A DNA stretch of 64,000 nucleotides from Nitrospirota bacterium (GCA_963790025.1 CAWBMP010000005.1:128001-192000); one strand, 5' to 3'. Counted from the first letter of the stretch, positions 41,380 to 51,702 are shown. Program-made: numbers and translations. The notes: generated by a model from the sequence alone, not told the origin.

Positions 41380-41619
41380 TCACGTGTCCCAGGGGGAAAA
41401 TCCTTCCAGCAGCCTGACTCCCGCGAAGTAACAGCAGAGTTCGCTGTTGAGATCATTTATAAAGGAACGTTCCTTGCCGTCCTGAAAGAGGACCCTCACC
41501 AGGCAAAATCCGCCCGGCAAGTCAGAGTGTCTTTCCTCAATAACTTCCCCGCGCCCCCATGTTTTGTATCTGACATGTCTGACCTTGTCGCCCACTCTCA
41601 AATATAATCTGCACTTCAT
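41380..41619 (-). CDS. Small SH3/Tudor-like protein (DUF3553 / PcrA C-terminal-like)
   Basis: VGDKVRH...WGRGEVI...VRVLFQDGKER; ATG 41619. Confidence 0.6.
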   Translation of the reverse strand: MKCRLYLRVGDKVRHVRYKTWGRGEVIEERHSDLPGGFCLVRVLFQDGKERSFINDLNSELCCYFAGVRLLEGFSPWDT

Positions 41620-41641
41620 ATAATAATTATAACAAAGTGGT

Positions 41642-42517
41642 CTAGCGAATATATGTGCCCTGAAAGTAGTAAATGAAGCGGCCGGTAATGGTGAGCGAAC
41701 TCTCGTTCCAACTGTCGGGAAGCGGCCAGTAAGGATCCGCATCTCTTAAGGCCCTGATAGCTGCCTCGTCGAGGAAAGTATATCCGGAAGTGTGCACCAG
41801 TTCAACTGCGCCAAGTCTTCCGTCCTTTTTTATGGTGAATTTTATGTAGAGTTCACCGTTAATTCTTCTCTGCTCAGCTTCAGCAGGATACCTCCAGACT
41901 CCCTGGATCTTCTCCTTAAGGCGCTGCATATACCCGTAATACTTGTATTCTTTTGTATCGAAGGTAATGGCATTATCATTTTTTGACGTGCCTTCCCTGG
42001 TCGATCTGGCAAGGACCTCGGTATCGAAAAGTTTCTCCCGGGTTGTTCTGGCAGAAGGGAACTGCCGGCCGGTCTGAGAGGACCCTACGCCGCCGTTTCC
42101 CTTCATTGGTTGCTGTTCCGGCGCCAGGCCTTTCTGGTCAGGCTTCTGCTCGGGTTCCGAACTGCCCCGGGCCTGACTGTGTGCGGCATCGGGCGTTGCA
42201 GCTTTTTCAGAGGGAGCGGCAGGGCGTGCTTTCCTTGCGGGGGCTGAAGAAGAAGGTACAGCCGAGAACTCTTTCGGCGGCGGCAAATTCCTGGGAAGCT
42301 GCGGCATTCTGGAAAGTGGTGTTTCCTTTTGAGGCCGGGGCTTCCCGGATGGTGCTTTTTCCCTCATCTCTTCGGGAGTAATGATTGTTGCTATAAAAGG
42401 CGCAGTTTTCTTCTCCGGTTTGCTGGTTCGGATTATGATGATGGCCAGGAGGAGAATCATGAGATGAAATAATACGGAATAAACTAAATCTCTCTTCACA
42501 GTTCTATATTTTAACAC
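41642..42517 (-). CDS. TonB family energy transducer
   Basis: TM helix SVLFH, Pro/Ala-rich linker, WRYP...G...TSGYTFLDEAA. Confidence 0.88.
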   Translation of the reverse strand: MLKYRTVKRDLVYSVLFHLMILLLAIIIIRTSKPEKKTAPFIATIITPEEMREKAPSGKPRPQKETPLSRMPQLPRNLPPPKEFSAVPSSSAPARKARPAAPSEKAATPDAAHSQARGSSEPEQKPDQKGLAPEQQPMKGNGGVGSSQTGRQFPSARTTREKLFDTEVLARSTREGTSKNDNAITFDTKEYKYYGYMQRLKEKIQGVWRYPAEAEQRRINGELYIKFTIKKDGRLGAVELVHTSGYTFLDEAAIRALRDADPYWPLPDSWNESSLTITGRFIYYFQGTYIR

Positions 42518-42690
42518 AGCATATAAGACATGTTATAGCGTTTAACAGGAGCGTTACGGTCGACCAATGAAATGAAAAATTGTCATTGAGAATAATAATG
42601 AAGCAATTTTGTTTTTTTAAAAATTGCAGATTTTGCTTGAACTTTCTGAATCCAACAGGTAATATGTAAATCAAAACTAAGGAGGAGTAA

Positions 42691-42891
42691 ATGGCAATAA
42701 CAAAAAAGGCAACAGTAAAAAAAGCGGCAACTAAGAAACCGGTAACGAAGAAGGCTGCTGCAAAGAAAACGGCAGCCAAGAAAACTGCTGCTAAGAAGAC
42801 TGCGGTTAAGAAGACGGTAACCAAAAAGGTTGCAGCAAAAAAACCGGTCGCAAAGAAAGTTGTTGCAAAGAAGAAAGCCGCAAAGAAATAG
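42691..42891 (+). CDS. Lys/Ala-rich histone H1-like protein
   Basis: TAAGGAGG RBS; about 13 tandem xxxKK pentapeptides. Confidence 0.8.
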   Translation: MAITKKATVKKAATKKPVTKKAAAKKTAAKKTAAKKTAVKKTVTKKVAAKKPVAKKVVAKKKAAKK

Positions 42892-42905
42892 AACAAAAAG
42901 GTTAT

Positions 42906-42993
42906 TGCGTTCAGCGTACTGCGTTCAGCGTTCTGTGTCATAAGACCAAAACATATTTTTTTGACGCAGTACGCTGTACGCAGAACGCTGTAT
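42906..42993. repeat. Heptamer-repeat hairpin (GCGTTCA/TGAACGC family)
   Basis: gcgttca gcgtact gcgttca gcgttct gtgtca ... tgacgc agtacgc tgtacgc agaacgc. Confidence 0.8.
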
Positions 42994-43035
42994 GGCCGCC
43001 TTGCCCTAACTTCCTTTCAGATGGTATCTTAAAGA

Positions 43036-45636
43036 GTGACCCTTTCTTTTTTCCAAAAGCCCAGCCGTTATATAAACAGCGAATACAATGCAATCAAGCC
43101 GTCGTCGGTCCCTGATAAAAAAAAATCAGCTGGCGCTGCCCGGATTGTATTGGCCTTCCCTGACACTTACGAAATCGGCATGTCGCATCTTGGATTGAAA
43201 ATACTTTATGAATGCATCAATAAACTGCCCTTTGCTTCTGCAGAGCGGTGCTTTGCTCCCTGGCCTGACCTCGAAGCGCATATGAAGAGTTCGGCACTGC
43301 CGCTTTCGGCACTCGAATCGCATGCGCCGATCAGGGAATTTGACGCAGTGGGATTCAGTCTGCAGTATGAGTTGTCCTATACAACCGTCTTGAATATGCT
43401 TGCCCTCGGAGGAATCCCGCTGCGTACTGCAGAGAGAATGGATGCAAAAGGGCCTATGCCGCTGGTCGTTGCAGGGGGGCCGTGCACTGTTAACCCGGCG
43501 CCGATGAGCCCGTTTATCGATGCATTTCTCATTGGTGACGGAGAGCACGCTGCAGTTGAGCTTGCCAATATACTGCACCTCTGGAAAGTTGAAGGCGATG
43601 GAAGGCGGGAGACTTTATTACGGGGGATAGCGGACCTCGCTGGATTTTATGTGCCGCTTGTGCACGGCGCTGGTCAGAGGATACGGAGACAAATTGTCGA
43701 GGATCTGGATGCTGCGGCATATCCGGTAAGGCCGATAGTTCCTTATACCTCGATTGTGCACGACAGGATCAATATAGAGGTCTCGCGGGGATGTCCAATG
43801 GGATGCAGATTTTGCCAGGCGGGGATTATTTACCGGCCTTTAAGGGAGAGGAGCCCGGAGACAGTATTAAGGATTGCTGCGGAAGCGCTGGGCAGCACAG
43901 GATATGATGAGGTGTCTCTTACGTCTTTAAGTGCTGGGGACTATACCTGCCTGCTGCCGGTAATAAGGGAATTCAATAGAAAGTTCAGTTGCTCCAGGAT
44001 TGCGCTGTCCCTGCCTTCTTTGACGGTCAAGGCGATTGACCGGGCTGTTCTGAGAGAAATACGTTCGGTGAGAAAAACCGGCTTTACTATTGCCCCGGAA
44101 GCTGCTACAGACCGCCTGCGGAGTGTTATCAACAAAGATTTCACCGAAGAAGATTATGAACTTGCCCTGAAAAAGCTGTTCGAAGAGGGATGGCTTAATC
44201 TCAAACTGTACTTTATGGCAGGGCTTCCTACTGAGCGGGATGAAGATATAGAAGCAATAGAGAAAATGGCATCCGCCGCACTGAAGATCGCTAAAAAAAA
44301 CACAGGCAAATTTGTGAACCTCAGTATTACCGTTTCACCCTTTGTGCCAAAAGCACACACTCCTTTCCAGTGGTGTGGACAGGTCAGTCTCGATGAGATG
44401 CGAAGGAAGTTGCACTATCTGAGAGAATCCCTGAGCAGAAAAAAATTCAAGTATAAGGGACATGATGAACGGATGAGTTTTTTGGAAGCGGTATTTGCGC
44501 GTGGGGACAATAACTTGTCTCAGTTGATTGAGAAAGCCTGGGAGTCCGGCTGCCGGCTCGATGGCTGGACTGAACATTTCAATTTTCGGGCCTGGTCGGA
44601 AGCGATGGACAAAACAGGCATTGATGGCCCGGCCTGCTCTGAAAGGAGTTTTGGCAGAGATGAGAGGCTCCCGTGGGACATTATAGACATTGGGGTGAAG
44701 AAGGATTTTCTATACAGGGAATATGAGCGCGCACTATCTGAAGAGAAGACGCCGGGCTGCGGAGAAAGCTGTATGCACTGTGGCTTGCGGTGTCCCGGTG
44801 GAAAGGAAAACCATGAAGTTGAGACCCCGCATTCTTTTTCTGAAGTTTCCCCGCTTCTCAGATTCAAAGACTCCATACTTCCCAAAGTTAAGGTCAGGGT
44901 GCAATTCACCAAGATGGGCAGACTCCGTTATCTCTCACATCTTGAATTAATGACTGCAGTACTTCGGGGTTTGAGACGGGCTGGGGTCAGATTTGATTTT
45001 TCAAAAGGATTCCATCCCGCCCCACGGGTTGCTTTCGGTCCATCCCTCAGTGTCGGTGTTGCCGGAGAACGGGAGTATTTTGATATGGAGGTTTTCAGTC
45101 CTTTTGATATAGAATTTTATCAGGGAGAGATGAACAGGTCCATGCCTGAAGATATCCGGGTAAACAAAATGAAAATTATCGAGGTCAATGGGCTTTCCCT
45201 CAATAGTTTTATAGTACGTTATGAATATATTATCAGAGGGTTGAAAATTGAGAACCTGAAAGACGAAAGGGCCGGGGCATTCATGAGGGAATCCCGCGCT
45301 GCATCCTGCAGGACATTCGGCAGCTTTGGAGATTGCCGGGAAAGTCCCGCTCTTGTCGTCCTCAGAGACGGTAAGGAAGTCGATATAACCCACTGCATTG
45401 AAGAAGTGGCAATAATCGGGGTCCCCGCCAGAAGTGGGGACGTGGAAGCCAAAAATCCGGAGATTTATGGGGGTGGCGTGGGAAGGGACATCAGGCTTGT
45501 ACTGAAGGACCAGGACACAGTCAAGGCAAGGCTCGGAGAAGCGGTAGAAGCGCTTTTCGGCCTGAACTTCAGAGAAACGGACATCACGCGGACAGCGCTT
45601 TACGGTTGGACAAACGGATGGGTAGAGCCATTATAA
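43036..45636 (+). CDS. B12-binding radical SAM protein fused to a DUF2344 domain (TIGR03960/TIGR03936-like)
   Basis: FPDTYEIGMSHLG, FSLQYEL, RGCPMGCRFC, C-terminal YLSHLE...GFHPAPR; adjacent to rng. Confidence 0.9.
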   Translation: MTLSFFQKPSRYINSEYNAIKPSSVPDKKKSAGAARIVLAFPDTYEIGMSHLGLKILYECINKLPFASAERCFAPWPDLEAHMKSSALPLSALESHAPIREFDAVGFSLQYELSYTTVLNMLALGGIPLRTAERMDAKGPMPLVVAGGPCTVNPAPMSPFIDAFLIGDGEHAAVELANILHLWKVEGDGRRETLLRGIADLAGFYVPLVHGAGQRIRRQIVEDLDAAAYPVRPIVPYTSIVHDRINIEVSRGCPMGCRFCQAGIIYRPLRERSPETVLRIAAEALGSTGYDEVSLTSLSAGDYTCLLPVIREFNRKFSCSRIALSLPSLTVKAIDRAVLREIRSVRKTGFTIAPEAATDRLRSVINKDFTEEDYELALKKLFEEGWLNLKLYFMAGLPTERDEDIEAIEKMASAALKIAKKNTGKFVNLSITVSPFVPKAHTPFQWCGQVSLDEMRRKLHYLRESLSRKKFKYKGHDERMSFLEAVFARGDNNLSQLIEKAWESGCRLDGWTEHFNFRAWSEAMDKTGIDGPACSERSFGRDERLPWDIIDIGVKKDFLYREYERALSEEKTPGCGESCMHCGLRCPGGKENHEVETPHSFSEVSPLLRFKDSILPKVKVRVQFTKMGRLRYLSHLELMTAVLRGLRRAGVRFDFSKGFHPAPRVAFGPSLSVGVAGEREYFDMEVFSPFDIEFYQGEMNRSMPEDIRVNKMKIIEVNGLSLNSFIVRYEYIIRGLKIENLKDERAGAFMRESRAASCRTFGSFGDCRESPALVVLRDGKEVDITHCIEEVAIIGVPARSGDVEAKNPEIYGGGVGRDIRLVLKDQDTVKARLGEAVEALFGLNFRETDITRTALYGWTNGWVEPL

Positions 45637-45646
45637 AAGGAACAAT

Positions 45647-47152
45647 ATGACATCTGAACTGGTCATTAATGTTACGAGAGAAGAAAGCAGGGTCGCCCTC
45701 CTCGAGGGGGGGCAGGTTGTCGAGCAGTATATAGAAAGGAAGAGGGACACAAGCCTTGTAGGAAACATATACAAAGGAAAGGTCCTGAAGATATTGCCCG
45801 GCATGCAGTCGTCATTTATTGATATAGGTCTTGAGAAGGCCGCTTTTCTCTATGTTGCCGACATAATGAGGGAGATGGAAGATTATTACGCTGCATTTCT
45901 CGACAACGTGGAGGACCGGGAGTTATATGCAAGAAATGAGTGCAAAGAGGAATCTCTGTCTATAGAAGAACTGATTCAGGAAGGGCAGGAACTCCTGGTG
46001 CAGGTGTCAAAAGACCCGATTGGAACAAAAGGAGCGCGTGTCACTTCGTATGTAACTCTTCCGGGCAGATATGTGGTGCTCATGCCCAATGTGGAACACG
46101 TCGGCATATCACGGCGTATCGAGGATGAAGAGGCGAGGGCAACGCTGAAAAACATCGCGGCTGAGCTTAAACCCAAAGGGTTCGGTTTGATCATGAGGAC
46201 TGCATGTGAGGATGCAACAATTGATGAAATCAGACACGATCTCGAATTTTTACTGCTGTTATGGGACAGCATACAAAAAAAGAAGGACAAGGTTTCCGCC
46301 CCGAACCTTCTGTACAGTGATCTTGACCTGGTATTCAGAAGTGTTCGGGATTTCATGAGCCATAATGTGGAAAGACTGGTCATAGACTCTACTGATGAAT
46401 ACGACCGTTTGAAGGAATTTGCCAAAACCTATTTCCCCCGGCTTATTGATAGAATCGAGCTCTATGAGGGCAGGGAGCCGATGTTCGACGCCTTCGGGAT
46501 AGAACTTGATATTTCAAGGGCGCTCGGCAGGAGGGTATGGCTCAAATCAGGGGGCTATATCGTCATTGACCAGACAGAGGCAATGACTGTTATCGATGTT
46601 AATACCGGTAAGTTCGTGGGGAAAGAAAACCTTGAAGATACTATTTTGAAAACTAACCTTGAGGCGGTCAAGGAAATAGCGTACCAGGTGAGGCTGAGGA
46701 ACCTCGGAGGCATCATTATTACCGATTTCATCGATATGGAAAAGTTGGAAAACAGGGAAAAGGTTTTTAAGGCCTTTGTGGACGCGATGAAAAAGGACAG
46801 GGCGAAAAATACTATTTACAATATTTCGGAGCTCGGCATCATACAAATGACGAGAAAGCGGGTCCGTGAAAGTCTCGGACGCGTGCTGTGCGAACAGTGC
46901 CCCTACTGTGAGGGGAGGGGATTCGTCAAATCGGCGCGTACGGTCACGTATGAGATATTCAGGAAGGTGAGAAAAATGAATCTGGCCCGCGGAACAATGG
47001 CCTTGATCAAAGCTAATCCCGCTGTAGCCGAACTGCTTTCCTATGAAGAGCGGCAGGGCCTGGAGGAAATTGAAGGCGCCTATGGCATCCAGCTAATAAT
47101 AAAAGAGGAAATACGGTTTCATCAGGAGAATTACGAAATTACAATACTGTAA
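45647..47152 (+). CDS. rng: Ribonuclease G/E family
   Basis: GNIYKGKV, QVSKDPIGTKGA, IDVNTG, LRNLGGII, CPYC. Confidence 0.94.
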   Translation: MTSELVINVTREESRVALLEGGQVVEQYIERKRDTSLVGNIYKGKVLKILPGMQSSFIDIGLEKAAFLYVADIMREMEDYYAAFLDNVEDRELYARNECKEESLSIEELIQEGQELLVQVSKDPIGTKGARVTSYVTLPGRYVVLMPNVEHVGISRRIEDEEARATLKNIAAELKPKGFGLIMRTACEDATIDEIRHDLEFLLLLWDSIQKKKDKVSAPNLLYSDLDLVFRSVRDFMSHNVERLVIDSTDEYDRLKEFAKTYFPRLIDRIELYEGREPMFDAFGIELDISRALGRRVWLKSGGYIVIDQTEAMTVIDVNTGKFVGKENLEDTILKTNLEAVKEIAYQVRLRNLGGIIITDFIDMEKLENREKVFKAFVDAMKKDRAKNTIYNISELGIIQMTRKRVRESLGRVLCEQCPYCEGRGFVKSARTVTYEIFRKVRKMNLARGTMALIKANPAVAELLSYEERQGLEEIEGAYGIQLIIKEEIRFHQENYEITIL

Positions 47153-47155
47153 AAC

Positions 47156-47220
47156 AGGCTATGGGCGATAGGCCATAGGCGATAGGTTAAACATGGCCCA
47201 TTGCCCATGGCCCATCGCCT
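47156..47220. repeat. Heptamer-repeat hairpin (AGGCGAT/ATCGCCT family)
   Basis: aggctat gggcgat aggccat aggcgat ... atggccc attgccc atggccc atcgcct. Confidence 0.8.
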
Positions 47221-47230
47221 GGTTTTATTT

Positions 47231-48013
47231 ATGAAATATCAAAAACTTTTGTCCATCCTTCATGATATCGAATCAGCAGTACTTGCTTTCTCGGGCGGTG
47301 TTGACAGCACCTTTCTGCTTAAGGCGTTGAAGGAGTCGGGCATACGCACGCTTGCGGTGACCGCATATTCTGAAACCATGCCTGCAGCCGAGCTCGAAAG
47401 CGCTGTTACCCTGGCAAAAATTGTTGATGTTACGCATAGAGTGATCATGACCGATGAGATGTCCAATCCGGATTTTATACGCAATCCCAGAGACCGGTGC
47501 TTTTATTGCAAGGACGAACTCTTTTCAAGACTGGCCGCCATTGCCCGCGCTGAAGAATACCGGTTTGTGATTGACGGCAGCAATAAGGACGACCTTGCGG
47601 ACTGGCGGCCGGGCAGTCAGGCTGCGGCAAGGCATGGAGTGAGGAGCCCCCTTTTGGAAGCGGGATTATCAAAGGATGAAATACGGGCGTTGTCCAGGAA
47701 AATGGGGCTGCCGACATGGTCCAAACCTGCATCGCCCTGCCTCTCGTCGAGGTTTCCTTACGGGATTCAGATTACTAAGGATGGGCTTAAAAGGGTGGAG
47801 CACGCCGAGGCATTCCTTAAAGGACTTGGGTTCGGGGACCTCAGAGTCAGGAGCCACAATGATATGGCAAGGATAGAGGTTGATCCGGGAGAATTGTCCA
47901 GGTTCTTTGACAGCGAGATGAGGGAGTCCGTAGTTAAGGAGCTTAAAAAACTCGGGTTTAAGTATGTGAGTATCGATCTTGAGGGTTTCAGGAGCGGGAA
48001 GCTTAATGAATAG
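47231..48013 (+). CDS. larE: ATP-dependent sulfur transferase, LarE family
   Basis: AFSGGVDS PP-loop, RCFYCK, CLSSRFPYG, GFRSG. Confidence 0.88.
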   Translation: MKYQKLLSILHDIESAVLAFSGGVDSTFLLKALKESGIRTLAVTAYSETMPAAELESAVTLAKIVDVTHRVIMTDEMSNPDFIRNPRDRCFYCKDELFSRLAAIARAEEYRFVIDGSNKDDLADWRPGSQAAARHGVRSPLLEAGLSKDEIRALSRKMGLPTWSKPASPCLSSRFPYGIQITKDGLKRVEHAEAFLKGLGFGDLRVRSHNDMARIEVDPGELSRFFDSEMRESVVKELKKLGFKYVSIDLEGFRSGKLNE

Positions 48014-49226
48014 TGTCACCAGGCCTTCAAAATTCAGTTCAGAGACAGTTTCAGCCCTGGACCATTGCGTGCGTTGCGGCGGTTGCAAGGCACTGTGCCC
48101 GACATACGATGAGGATGTCACCGAGGGTATGAGTGCGCGGGGGCGTGTTCTCCTGCTCAAAAAATTTATAGAGGGTGAACTCGGGCCATCGGAGATACTT
48201 GACAAAAGAATCTTTAGCTGCATGCTTTGCGGCGCTTGCAATGCGCTTTGTCCTCTCGGGATAAGGATTACCGATGCTATATATGAAGGAAGGAAGAACC
48301 TGAGGACATTAGTCAATAAGAGAAGATTTCTCGGCATTGCTGCCAGGCTCGCTTTCAAACGGGCCTCCACAGGTTTTAAGGCGCTGAAAATGCTTGAGGG
48401 CATAGGGGAAATACTGCCGCTTCAAAGACTGCCGTATTTCAGAGTGCTGCATGAAATGGGCATAAATATTTCCGGCCCTGTGCTCAGGGACGGCATGTCT
48501 CTTTTCAAGGCGGCCAGGCCTAAAGGAAGGATTGCAGTTTTTGCGGGTTGCACCGTAAATTTTCTCTACCCGCATATAGGTGGTTCGCTCATAAGGATTT
48601 TGAATGGGATGAACTATGATGTTGTGCTGCCGAAGGGGGAAGTCTGCTGCGGGGCGCCGCTGCTCGGTCTGGGGTTTGAGGAGGACGCAGCCGAACTTGC
48701 GTACAGAAATATGGAGGTATTTAAAAAAATGAGCGTGGAAGCCGTCATCGGTCTTTGTCCGACCTGCGTTTATTTTATCAGGGATGAATACAAAAGGCTG
48801 GTTGGCGACTGCGTTGACAATGCACTGGAGGTGACCCAGTTCTTCAGTAACACGCCGCCTGAAATAAAAAGGGACATGGGTGACACTTTAATGCGTACGG
48901 CATACCACGATCCCTGTCACGCATTTTACAGTCTGCACGTGCATGCCGAGCCGAGGGCCATTCTGAAGTCGCTGGGAGTCGACCCCATCGCTTCTGAAAA
49001 GGGATGCTGTGGCTTTGCCGGTACATTTAGAGTATTATATCCGGATATGTCCAAAACTATTCTCGATAAGAGGATTGAGGGGTATAAGGAGGCTGATATG
49101 ATAGTCACCTCCTGCCCGAATTGTATTCTTCAGATCAGAAGCAGTATAAAGGGCCGTCACATAAGACACATTGTAGAACTCATAGATGAGGCGGTACAAG
49201 GAGGAAAGAAATGCAGAGAAAAATAA
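48006..49226 (+). CDS. Fe-S oxidoreductase with CCG domains (GlcF-like)
   Basis: Two CxxCxxCxxxCP motifs, CCG twice, YHDPCH, SCPNC. Confidence 0.88.
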   Translation: MNSVTRPSKFSSETVSALDHCVRCGGCKALCPTYDEDVTEGMSARGRVLLLKKFIEGELGPSEILDKRIFSCMLCGACNALCPLGIRITDAIYEGRKNLRTLVNKRRFLGIAARLAFKRASTGFKALKMLEGIGEILPLQRLPYFRVLHEMGINISGPVLRDGMSLFKAARPKGRIAVFAGCTVNFLYPHIGGSLIRILNGMNYDVVLPKGEVCCGAPLLGLGFEEDAAELAYRNMEVFKKMSVEAVIGLCPTCVYFIRDEYKRLVGDCVDNALEVTQFFSNTPPEIKRDMGDTLMRTAYHDPCHAFYSLHVHAEPRAILKSLGVDPIASEKGCCGFAGTFRVLYPDMSKTILDKRIEGYKEADMIVTSCPNCILQIRSSIKGRHIRHIVELIDEAVQGGKKCREK

Positions 49227-49963
49227 AAGATCAGCGGTTGGAAATCATTACACCGCAGGATACGGAAAATGATGATAGGCCGAAAAAAATGCGTCTGCAG
49301 AAGAGGACGAGTTGTATACGATGCGGCAAGTGTTGTACGGATTCGAGCCCTTCGTTGCTGAAAGAGGACCTGGCCCTTTTCACCTCAGGCGTTCTTTCCT
49401 ATGACAACACATATACCATAAGGCAGGGAGAGTTGGTGCGCTCTCACGGGGATGGACATATATATGAATCCTTCACGGAACTTATCAAGATACGCAGTAA
49501 AGGAGAGGGCCCTGTTTGCATTTTTTACGGCGAGGATGAGGGATGCGGCATTTACGAGAACAGGCCGTCCCAATGCAGGCAATACGAATGCTGGCGGCAG
49601 GTTGACCTTTATGGAGGGCTTGAGAAGAATTCTCTTGTTAGGAAGGAACTGTTTAATGATGTCGATGTGCTCCTGGATATTATTGGAAAACATGAAGAAA
49701 AGTGCTCATACGAGAAGCTTCACGGAGCATTTGAACGTGTTGCACAGAGGGACGAAAATGCTGTTGAAGAGATTATGGATATGCTTCAGTACGACACATA
49801 TCTGCGCCCCTTTCTTAATGAGAAGTTCAATGTTCCGGACGATGCCATGGACCTGCTGCTGGGCAGGCCGTTGGTGGAGGCGGTGAATGAATTCGGTTTC
49901 AGGGTGGTCAGGGAAGGCGATGATTATATTTTGTTGCCGCTAGAGAAGGCAGAGGAACAATAG
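49211..49963 (+). CDS. YkgJ family cysteine-cluster protein
   Basis: CIRCGKCC, CIFY, CGIYENRPSQCRQYEC. Confidence 0.85.
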   Translation: MQRKIKDQRLEIITPQDTENDDRPKKMRLQKRTSCIRCGKCCTDSSPSLLKEDLALFTSGVLSYDNTYTIRQGELVRSHGDGHIYESFTELIKIRSKGEGPVCIFYGEDEGCGIYENRPSQCRQYECWRQVDLYGGLEKNSLVRKELFNDVDVLLDIIGKHEEKCSYEKLHGAFERVAQRDENAVEEIMDMLQYDTYLRPFLNEKFNVPDDAMDLLLGRPLVEAVNEFGFRVVREGDDYILLPLEKAEEQ

Positions 49964-49978
49964 GGAGAAAGGTGACCG

Positions 49979-50203
49979 GTGGCGACTGAAGAATGGGTGG
50001 AGGTGCTGCTTACGTTCGATCCCCTTGAGGCGGAGATGGTTAAGGACATTTTGGAGAGTGGCGGAATTCCGGTCGCGGTGCGGTCTTCAAAAGTGGGCCC
50101 TTATCCGGTCAACATCGGCAGGATGGGCGAGATCAGGCTTCTGGTGCCGCAGGCCGACAGGGCACTGGCGGAGAAAGTGATCAAAGGAGACGAAGACTAC
50201 TAA
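49979..50203 (+). CDS. DUF2007 (PII-like) small protein
   Basis: EAEMVKDILESGGIP...IRLLVP...A. Confidence 0.8.
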   Translation: MATEEWVEVLLTFDPLEAEMVKDILESGGIPVAVRSSKVGPYPVNIGRMGEIRLLVPQADRALAEKVIKGDEDY

Positions 50204-51702
50204 AGCCCGGGCCTTCTTATCTTCTCCAGCGCTAAAAACGCCTCCCTGTGTTCATGAGGATAGTTTTCTGCGGTAAATACCTTAAGTGCCTCTTTATACG
50301 CCTGGGCCGCGCTGCTCATGTTACTCTTTTTGTCCTTGTATTTCGAGAGACTCCTGTATGCATTGCCTAGGTTGTACTGTATTGCAGCGAAAATGGCCGG
50401 ATCATTGACGGATGTTTGTACCGTGAGGGCCTCATTATAGGCTTGTATACATTTTTCGAGGATTTTCTCCTCACCCTCGTTTTCATAAAGCATAAGATAG
50501 GTATCTCCCAGCCTGCGCTGCACAGCGGCATATACGGCAGGGTCCTTCTCGGCTGTGTATATTTTCCCGGCGTTAGCGTAAGCGGAGCCTGCCTTGCGCA
50601 GGTTGTCAACTTTGTCGCTCAACCTGGAAAGCTCGCTGTAGACATCGCCAAGGCTGTCTTGTATTTCGGCATACACAAGGGGATGCTTCTTGCTTGTGTA
50701 TATTTTAAGCGCCTGATTATAAGCATTGATTGAATTACCAAGGATTTCCGGTTCGTGTTGTATCCTGGAGAGTAAGGCATAGGCCCTGCCGATGTTTTCC
50801 TGGGCCACACCAAATTCGGCGGGATATTTTTCGATAGTGTATACCCTGAGGGCATTCGAGAATGAATTGATGGCCATGACCAGATTGTCTTTCTGCTTGT
50901 GGATTTCTGTATATGTCATATAAATAGCGCCCAGGTTATTTTGAACTTGCGCATAATTTAAGGGATAGGTCTCGATTGTGTAAATTTTCAATGATTCATC
51001 GAATGCAGCTATTGCCCTGGGCATGTTGCTTTCCTTATTGCCGGATTCGGCAAGGGCCTTATATGAAGACCCCAGTTTGTATTGTGCTGAAGCGTAATCG
51101 AGAGGCTGAGTATCGGGCGTATGCAGCCCGATAACTTCGTTGAATGCGCGAACAGCCTTGCCGAGAAATTCTTCTTTCTTATGGAGTTCCGATATTTTCA
51201 GGTATGAATCGCCCAGGCTCGTCTGAATCGCGATATACACGGCAGGCTGTTTTTGGCGATCTATATACGGCAATGCCTCTTCGTATGCCTGGGTTGCCTT
51301 AATCAGGTTTTCAAGCGTATTGCGTGTCAGGGCGATTGCACGATAGCAATCCCCTTCGTTTTGCTTGATGTGACCAAACATCTCAGACTTAAGCTGTTTG
51401 GGCATATTAAGCAAAAGTTCATTATATATCGTGAGAGCTTCCATGGTCATTTTTTCATGCATCATCATATCCGCTGTTTCAAGACGTTTCAATATTCTGT
51501 TCCTGTATGCCTTCTGCTTCCGGTAATCCGAGTAGAGATACACTATTATGATAAGAGAGCCGGCGACAGCGGCCCCTATCATTCCGCCTAATAAGCCATT
51601 AATCCACCGCTGGGGGTCAATTGACATAAGATCAGAAAGCATAACGGGACAGTTCATTATGCGTTTGGCAACGGTATATTGTTTCAAGCCCGCGCACCGC
51701 AA
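50200..51702 (-). CDS. Membrane-anchored TPR-repeat protein
   Basis: One TM helix, then about 8-9 repeats of P-xx-YA-x-xQ-x-xLG-xx-Y...A-xx-A-Y/F-x-EAL; true start probably downstream of 51702. Confidence 0.85.
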   Translation of the reverse strand: MRCAGLKQYTVAKRIMNCPVMLSDLMSIDPQRWINGLLGGMIGAAVAGSLIIIVYLYSDYRKQKAYRNRILKRLETADMMMHEKMTMEALTIYNELLLNMPKQLKSEMFGHIKQNEGDCYRAIALTRNTLENLIKATQAYEEALPYIDRQKQPAVYIAIQTSLGDSYLKISELHKKEEFLGKAVRAFNEVIGLHTPDTQPLDYASAQYKLGSSYKALAESGNKESNMPRAIAAFDESLKIYTIETYPLNYAQVQNNLGAIYMTYTEIHKQKDNLVMAINSFSNALRVYTIEKYPAEFGVAQENIGRAYALLSRIQHEPEILGNSINAYNQALKIYTSKKHPLVYAEIQDSLGDVYSELSRLSDKVDNLRKAGSAYANAGKIYTAEKDPAVYAAVQRRLGDTYLMLYENEGEEKILEKCIQAYNEALTVQTSVNDPAIFAAIQYNLGNAYRSLSKYKDKKSNMSSAAQAYKEALKVFTAENYPHEHREAFLALEKIRRPGL

